From: Candidatus Eiseniibacteriota bacterium
GTDB taxonomy: Bacteria; Eisenbacteria; RBG-16-71-46
NCBI GenBank assembly: GCA_963744995.1
Contig: CAVUWA010000002.1
Coordinates: 96,001-160,000, forward strand
Direction: 5' to 3'
DNA length: 64,000 bases
Part shown: positions 59,022 through 64,000 of the stretch, piece by piece
How the letters are laid out: each line of letters opens with the position of its first letter
How positions within the stretch are numbered: position 1 is the stretch's first letter
Translations under genes and position numbers: made by a program
The notes under the pieces: model-generated
Database searches by the model: none
Seen by the model: the letters and a program-made list of their open reading frames with translations, nothing else
What the model was told of the DNA's origin: nothing

Positions 59022-59423
59022 ATGAAGACCTTTCCGAAGAAACTTCGCTTCTGGACGGGGATGCTCGTCGTCCTGAGTATGAGCGCGCTCGACTTCAGCC
59101 CCGCGCTGGCCGCGCTGGCGCCGTCGCAGACCACCGGCGCGACCGTGATCACCACGGCGCGCGACGCGGACATGCTCGTCGCGCAGCGGGCGTTCGAGAA
59201 CAAGATCGTCGCGCAGAAGCTGCGCGACTACGGCATCTCGCCCGATGAAGCCCAGGTCAGACTGGCGAACATGTCGGACCAGGACCTCCATACACTGGCT
59301 TCCGCTTCCAAGGGACTGCCCAGCGGTGGCGACGGCACCGGCGCCGTCATCGGCATTCTGGTCGTGGTCATCCTGGTGATCGTCGTCCTCCGCCTCATGA
59401 ATCGCGAAGTGGTCGTGAGGTGA
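59022..59423 (+). CDS. PA2779-family protein
   Basis: Signal peptide; V.QKL...G.SP.EA..RLA.MSD..L..LA.....LP.GGD; C-terminal hydrophobic helix + RLMNR. Confidence 0.82.
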   Translation: MKTFPKKLRFWTGMLVVLSMSALDFSPALAALAPSQTTGATVITTARDADMLVAQRAFENKIVAQKLRDYGISPDEAQVRLANMSDQDLHTLASASKGLPSGGDGTGAVIGILVVVILVIVVLRLMNREVVVR

Positions 59424-59950
59424 CGTCGCACGCGCTGGCCGCGCTGCTGCTGATTGCCCTGCCGTCCGTCGCGCTGGCCGGGCCGCCCGCTGCGGCCCGG
59501 CTCAGCGTCGACGTGCCGATCGTGGTGCAGACCCCCGAGCACTGCGGCCAGGCGGCGCTCGAAATGGTGCTGCGTCATTACGGGGCTGATTCGTCGGCCA
59601 TCGCCGAATCCGATCGCGCGTACGATCCGGTGCTGCGCGGCTCGCTCATCACCGATCTCGCAGCCGCCGCGCGCCGCGGAGGGTACGACGCCGTCGTCGC
59701 GACACTCGGCCCCGATTCGCTGGTGACCCTGCTCGCGTCCGGCGTGCCGCCCATCGTGCTCTACCAGAACGGCCGCGGCCCGTTGACGGTGCGTCACTTC
59801 GGCGTGGTGACGGGTTGGGACCCGGCGCGTGAGACCTTTACGCTCAACGAGGGCGGGAAGCATTCGCGCGTCGTCCGGCGCAGCGACCTGGCGAAACGGT
59901 GGCGGACCGCCGGCTCGCAGGCGCTGATCGTGCGACCGAGGCTGCCATGA
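59420..59950 (+). CDS. C39-like cysteine peptidase (PA2778 family)
   Basis: VP...Q...CGQAAL.MVL.HYG; Y.P.L.GSL; HF.VV.GWD. Confidence 0.85.
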   Translation: MTSHALAALLLIALPSVALAGPPAAARLSVDVPIVVQTPEHCGQAALEMVLRHYGADSSAIAESDRAYDPVLRGSLITDLAAAARRGGYDAVVATLGPDSLVTLLASGVPPIVLYQNGRGPLTVRHFGVVTGWDPARETFTLNEGGKHSRVVRRSDLAKRWRTAGSQALIVRPRLP

Positions 59951-60414
59951 AGCTGCAGCGCATCGTTCGCACCGGGCTGCTCATCACCGTCCTGGGCATC
60001 TCCGCCGCGACCACGGGCTGCGCCCATCTCGTACTGCTCCACGACCCGCTCTCGGCGAGCGAGCACAACGATCTGGGAGTGGCGTACGAGTCGGGAGGGA
60101 AGCTCGATCTCGCGGCGAAGGAGTACCGCAGGGCACTGCGACTCGACTCCGGACTCACGCGGGCGCGCGTCAATCTCGGCAACGTCGAAGCGGCCAACGG
60201 GCGCTGGGGCCGTGCCGAACACCAGTATCGCCGCGCACTGCGCGATTCCTCCACGAACTACGACGCCATGAACAACCTCGCGTACGCGCTGCTCAAGCAG
60301 GGGCGGCATCTGGACGAGGCCCGCACGCTGGCGGAGCGCGCCGTGGCCTCCGGCGCAGGACGCGACTCGGTTTACCGGGCCACGCTCGAGGAAATGAAGT
60401 CGACGGCGCACTGA
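59947..60414 (+). CDS. TPR lipoprotein
   Basis: Lipobox TTGC; HNDLGVAY, VNLGN, NNLAYAL TPR motifs; ATGA overlap. Confidence 0.85.
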   Translation: MKLQRIVRTGLLITVLGISAATTGCAHLVLLHDPLSASEHNDLGVAYESGGKLDLAAKEYRRALRLDSGLTRARVNLGNVEAANGRWGRAEHQYRRALRDSSTNYDAMNNLAYALLKQGRHLDEARTLAERAVASGAGRDSVYRATLEEMKSTAH

Positions 60415-60471
60415 CCGAAGGGCCCGGGCCCGCCTGCCCGCGAAACATGCTCCCCCCCCGCGTCCGGCCCG

Positions 60472-60963
60472 TCAGAACGGCCGCATCACCATCAGCACCG
60501 TGATCGCCAGGATCATGCCCATCTCGTAGACGTGGGCGGCGGCCACCGCGGGATCGTTCATGGCCGCGCGCAGCGCGGGCGTCACCTGGCGCCGCTCGAC
60601 GGCTTCTTCCAGCACTGCACGAAAGACCTTCCCGCGCGGCACGAACACGAAGACGATCACCGGAATGATGGACAGGTAGATGAGCAGCGACGCGAGCACC
60701 CAGTTCGTGTGCGCGCCCTGCAGCGCCCCGAGGATCGGCCAGCCGTGGAGCCACGCGGCGAGCAGGCCGAACAGCAGCACGAAGCCGGTCGAAGGACGCA
60801 CCATGCGCGTCTCGAAGACCGAAGACAGTCCCATCAGCGTCCGCACCTCGCCGATGTCGTTCGAACGCCGGGCGCGCGCCGTCGTCGCGGCCCGCCCGAG
60901 CACCCCCGCCAGCAGCCAGAACACGCACAGGACGTGAATCACTACCACCACACCAGCGACCAT
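60472..60963 (-). CDS. DUF2269-like integral membrane protein
   Basis: AAAGGAGG RBS; four TMs; HV...F, C-terminal LMVMRPF. Confidence 0.75.
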   Translation of the reverse strand: MVAGVVVVIHVLCVFWLLAGVLGRAATTARARRSNDIGEVRTLMGLSSVFETRMVRPSTGFVLLFGLLAAWLHGWPILGALQGAHTNWVLASLLIYLSIIPVIVFVFVPRGKVFRAVLEEAVERRQVTPALRAAMNDPAVAAAHVYEMGMILAITVLMVMRPF

Positions 60964-61389
60964 CGAAGCCTCCTTTCGGTCGAGTTCCGCGCGGAGTGAA
61001 GCCGAACGCGAGACGCATCTCAAGGAAGTTCGCCCGCGGGGCGAGGCCGGGCTGGCGGCGGCGAATGCCCGCTCCGGCCCGGTCCCGCCCGGCCCGCATG
61101 CCCGTCACGCAGACGGGGCGCCGGCATTCACCGGCGCCCCGCTGGGTTCACGCATCGCGGGTCCCATGCAGTCGCGACACGTGGGTTCCGTCAGCCCCGG
61201 GAGGGGTCCATCCGCCGGGGCGACAAGTCAGGGTGTGCTGCGCTTCGTCATCTGTGGCCCGGGTCTGCCCGGCGCGCTTCGCAGGCACCTCCTTTCTTCG
61301 TCGTGCGCGCCGGCTGCAACGTCACGCGCTCTTCGACCTTCGACTGCTCCTCCTTCGTGAGCACGTTCCTGACAACGAGATCGGACTCC

Positions 61390-62067
61390 TCACACCGCCG
61401 CGCCCACCGGGCGCCCGGTGCGGAAGCGGTCAGGAAGCCGCTCCGTCCGTCCAGCAGGCGAGCCGGTCGCTGCGTCGGGATCCCCTGCGTAGGCGCAGGT
61501 TTCGCCGCAGTCCGGCTCGCCGAACGTTTGACAGTCATATGGAAGGGAGGTGGCGGCGATCCGGATGACCGGATCGGCCGAATGCACTCGAGCCCGCGGG
61601 AGGGGCGTGGCTCGTCCGGCGCTCGAGAGGGAGAGCTCGTGCCGGGCGCTCGCGGTGTTCGCGCTGGAGCGCCGCGCGCGGACGGTGGGGGGCGCCCGGC
61701 CTCGCGCACGATCCACCGCGAGGCCCTGGCTGCCGGTGTGCGCTGCGTCGCCGACGCGACCGCACACGCGCCGCCCGGCGGCCGGTCCGCTGCACCGCGT
61801 GGCAAGATGCTTGCCCTGGTGGCTGCGGGTCCGGCGCGACGTCTGCCGCTGCGGGCGCCGGGTCTGCTTCGCCGGATCTTGCCGGCGGTGCGCGCGGTGG
61901 GAACCGGGTGCGCGGGCAGGCGCGGAGTCGGTGCGCCCGCCCTGCGCGGCGCCCGTCGCGATCGCGGCGGAGCCTGCGCCCGGATGCGAAACAGCGGCGT
62001 TCGCGCCCGTCCCGGAGATCAGGACCAGCGCCACCGCCGCTGCCATGGTCACGACCGCTCGTCGCAT
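61390..62067 (-). CDS. Hypothetical signal-peptide-bearing low-complexity basic protein (doubtful)
   Basis: MRRAVVTMAAAVALVLISGTGANA signal-like start; Arg/His-rich disordered body containing GRAPP; weak codon bias. Confidence 0.35.
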   Translation of the reverse strand: MRRAVVTMAAAVALVLISGTGANAAVSHPGAGSAAIATGAAQGGRTDSAPARAPGSHRAHRRQDPAKQTRRPQRQTSRRTRSHQGKHLATRCSGPAAGRRVCGRVGDAAHTGSQGLAVDRARGRAPPTVRARRSSANTASARHELSLSSAGRATPLPRARVHSADPVIRIAATSLPYDCQTFGEPDCGETCAYAGDPDAATGSPAGRTERLPDRFRTGRPVGAAV

Positions 62068-62201
62068 GTGAGTCAGATCCGTCGCTGCAGGGTTTCCCGC
62101 GTCACGCCGGAAGCGCATCCTCCGCGCATCGGCGAACCCGACCTTGCGCCCGGCCGCGCGGCGAATTGCCAAGCGGCGGTCCGCGATCTGTCAGTCGTGG
62201 G

Positions 62202-62763
62202 TCAACCTTCCGAAGCGAGCGGCCGGGCGTTGACCGCGAGGATCGCGTCCGCCCAGAGATCGAGCTGGAGCAAGATCTCGTCGAGGGCACCCATGGAAAA
62301 GGCACCGCGCTCCAGCCAGAGCAGCCCGATGATCCGTCCGTCGACGAGCACTGCTTCCTGACCCCAGAGGTCGTGGGTACGCCGGACCGGATCCCATCCG
62401 ACCACCAGCAGCTGCACGGCGCGACGTCCACGATCCGCCGCGAACGCGACGACCGTGTCCCCGTCGGACTCGCGGAACGGTGATTCGACCGCCGCATGGT
62501 CGCCCCGACGCCAGCGGGCCCAGGTGCGCTGTCGACATGATGTCGACCATGCCTTCCGGCGCAGGGATCACCAGCCCGCGTCCGGCGACCGTGACATGGA
62601 GCGTGTCCGAAGTGCTCGTGGCGTCCAGGCTTGCCGGCGCACGGGGCGCGCCGCAGCCGGCGAGCCACGCCGCTCCCGCCGTCAGCAGCGCCAGCCGGAC
62701 CGCTCGCGGGGCGCCGCCCGCCGGCGCCGCTCGCTTCGGTCGCTGGTCGCGGGGACGGGTCAA
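62202..62763 (-). pseudogene. Frameshifted lipoprotein gene
   Basis: TTG start overlapping the hemerythrin stop; lipobox LAGC; coding-like GC3 moves to another frame near 62500-62530 and continues GDHAAVESPF...LDLWADAILAVNARPLASEG*. Confidence 0.5.
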
Positions 62764-63320
62764 CGGGGCCCGAGCCCTGCGTTCGCGACGATCTCCTCCA
62801 TCCGCTGCGCCGTCTGCTCGAGCGCCTCGGAGGTCAGCACCTGGCGGGCCATGGGGAAGAGGATCTGTTCTTCCTTGCCGAAGTGAGCGTCCACCAGCGC
62901 CAGGATCTCCTCCGCGATTCCGCGAAGCTGCCCGGTGCCGGAGACGCCGGCCGGCAGGCTTCGCAGCGCCTCTCCGCGGGCCATGATCGCGGGGTGCTCG
63001 ACTTCGTTGAGCTCGCGAAGGGTGCGGCGAAACAACTCGGCTCCGGCGTGGATGTCACGATGCTCCTGACGCATGACCGCGGTCGGGCCGCCGGCCGAAT
63101 CGAGCGCCCGCTCGATCTCCGGGAACAGCGCCTCGTCTTCCTGGCGCGCGTGCAGCAGCAGGGTGGTGGCCATCATCTGCCCCGCGTCCTGCAGCACGGG
63201 CAGGATCCGCGAGAGATCTGCGCCCTCCCCGTGCAGTTCCTCCACGGCCCGCCGCAGGGGCGCCAGCCGGGTCATGATGGCGCGGTGCTCCTCGAGCAGA
63301 TGATCGATGGGATCACGCAT
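62760..63320 (-). CDS. Hemerythrin/HHE cation-binding domain protein
   Basis: AAGGAG RBS; L.EEH, HARQEDEALFP, GP..VM..EH, HFGKEEQILFPMA. Confidence 0.9.
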   Translation of the reverse strand: MRDPIDHLLEEHRAIMTRLAPLRRAVEELHGEGADLSRILPVLQDAGQMMATTLLLHARQEDEALFPEIERALDSAGGPTAVMRQEHRDIHAGAELFRRTLRELNEVEHPAIMARGEALRSLPAGVSGTGQLRGIAEEILALVDAHFGKEEQILFPMARQVLTSEALEQTAQRMEEIVANAGLGPR

Positions 63321-63394
63321 GGCCGTCTCCTTCCGTGGGGGATTGCCCTGACGCCCGCCCGGGCCTCGCGCCCCGGAGCCGGCCGGTTCGGGGC

Positions 63395-63568
63395 CTAGCT
63401 GCGGAAGAATACCCCGAGATCGTAGGGCCAGATGATGAGCGCGAGGAGCCCTTTCCAGAACGTGAGCTTCAGGTAGCCGATCGTGAACAGCCACCCCATG
63501 AGCCACAGCGGGCCGATGACGGCGCCGCCGTCGCGATGGCGGTGGATGATCTTCGTCTGGTCGGACAT
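63395..63568 (-). CDS. Small two-TM membrane protein (57 aa, below the ORF-track cutoff)
   Basis: AAGGAGG RBS; MSDQTKIIHRHRDGGAVIGPLWLMGWLFTIGYLKLTFWKGLLALIIWPYDLGVFFRS. Confidence 0.75.
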   Translation of the reverse strand: MSDQTKIIHRHRDGGAVIGPLWLMGWLFTIGYLKLTFWKGLLALIIWPYDLGVFFRS

Positions 63569-63578
63569 GGTCCCTCCT

Positions 63579-64000
63579 TCAGCAGCAGCCCGTCGCCCGG
63601 CCGGCCGCGCCGCCGGGTCGGGACGAAGTCGTCGTACTCAATACGGCGTCATGCGGTACGAGCCACCCGCCGCCGCCGATCAGGCCCTCGGAGTACCAGA
63701 CATGCGTGCCCTCGACGGCGAGCCCCGAGGGCAGACCGGCCGGATCATGGCTCGGCAGATCGCGCATCGCCAGGACCGTACCGTCGACGTCCACCTCATA
63801 GAGCCGCCGCAGGTGCCAGCCGAGCGTCCAGAAGTGCGACCCGTCGAAATCCAGGAACACGGCGTCCGGAATCTGGAGATGGATGCTGTCCTGCACGGCG
63901 CCCGCGGCGTCGAAGCGAATCAGCGCGACGGGGTCGTTGCGCAGCGACCAGCCGCTGGTTCCGTCGTGCGCGAGCCCGACCGGGCGGTGGCCCACCCGCA
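63579..64000 (-). CDS. Partial CDS (3' end): beta-propeller-like protein
   Basis: Repeated GLA.DG...W / LDFDG..FW / PSGLA.EG..VW blades; 5' end is outside the window. Confidence 0.55.
   Translation of the reverse strand, partial: RVGHRPVGLAHDGTSGWSLRNDPVALIRFDAAGAVQDSIHLQIPDAVFLDFDGSHFWTLGWHLRRLYEVDVDGTVLAMRDLPSHDPAGLPSGLAVEGTHVWYSEGLIGGGGWLVPHDAVLSTTTSSRPGGAAGRATGCC

Noticed and set aside
1..64000. tRNA, rRNA, integrase, transposase or phage genes
   Set aside because: I recognised none by eye. A covariance-model scan was not possible.

Overview
High-GC bacterial DNA from a diderm organism. It encodes a TonB-dependent receptor, several outer-membrane beta-barrels, OmpA proteins and a secreted protein with a FlgD-Ig-like tail, which resembles FCB-group / Ca. 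Eisenbacteria gene content (inference only). I saw no rRNA, tRNA, CRISPR array, transposase or integrase. 0.4-3.1 kb: three envelope genes with sigma-54-type promoters. 3.2-16.2 kb: housekeeping and redox genes (TBDR, trxB, a Spy-ECF sigma-anti-sigma-Spy cluster, flavin disulfide reductase, NnrS, PQQ-type dehydrogenase, ferredoxin, HD protein). 16.3-22.4 kb: a non-canonical mutagenesis cassette (small DUF6504-like gene, catalytically intact DinB, unknown membrane-anchored gene, 150-bp inverted-repeat element, DnaE2) behind a perfect-ended TACTG-N10-CAGTA SOS-type operator. 22.5-25.2 kb: one dead and one intact alpha/beta-hydrolase paralog flanking a LysE exporter. About 25.3-60.4 kb: a large general-stress/envelope cluster (NtrC-family activator, hybrid kinase, BON, YtxH, DUF948, lmo0937-like, two DUF3185, DoxX, two OmpA, L,D-transpeptidase + M15 peptidase, sortase + LPQTA substrate, B12 radical SAM, cyclic beta-1,2-glucan synthase, PA2779/C39 peptidase/TPR). 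Many of its transcription units carry a GG-N10-GC sigma-54 promoter and a shared paired upstream motif (TTGWA-N4-CTTCC-like), so a regulon can be read from the sequence. All family assignments come from motif recognition by eye, not from database searches.
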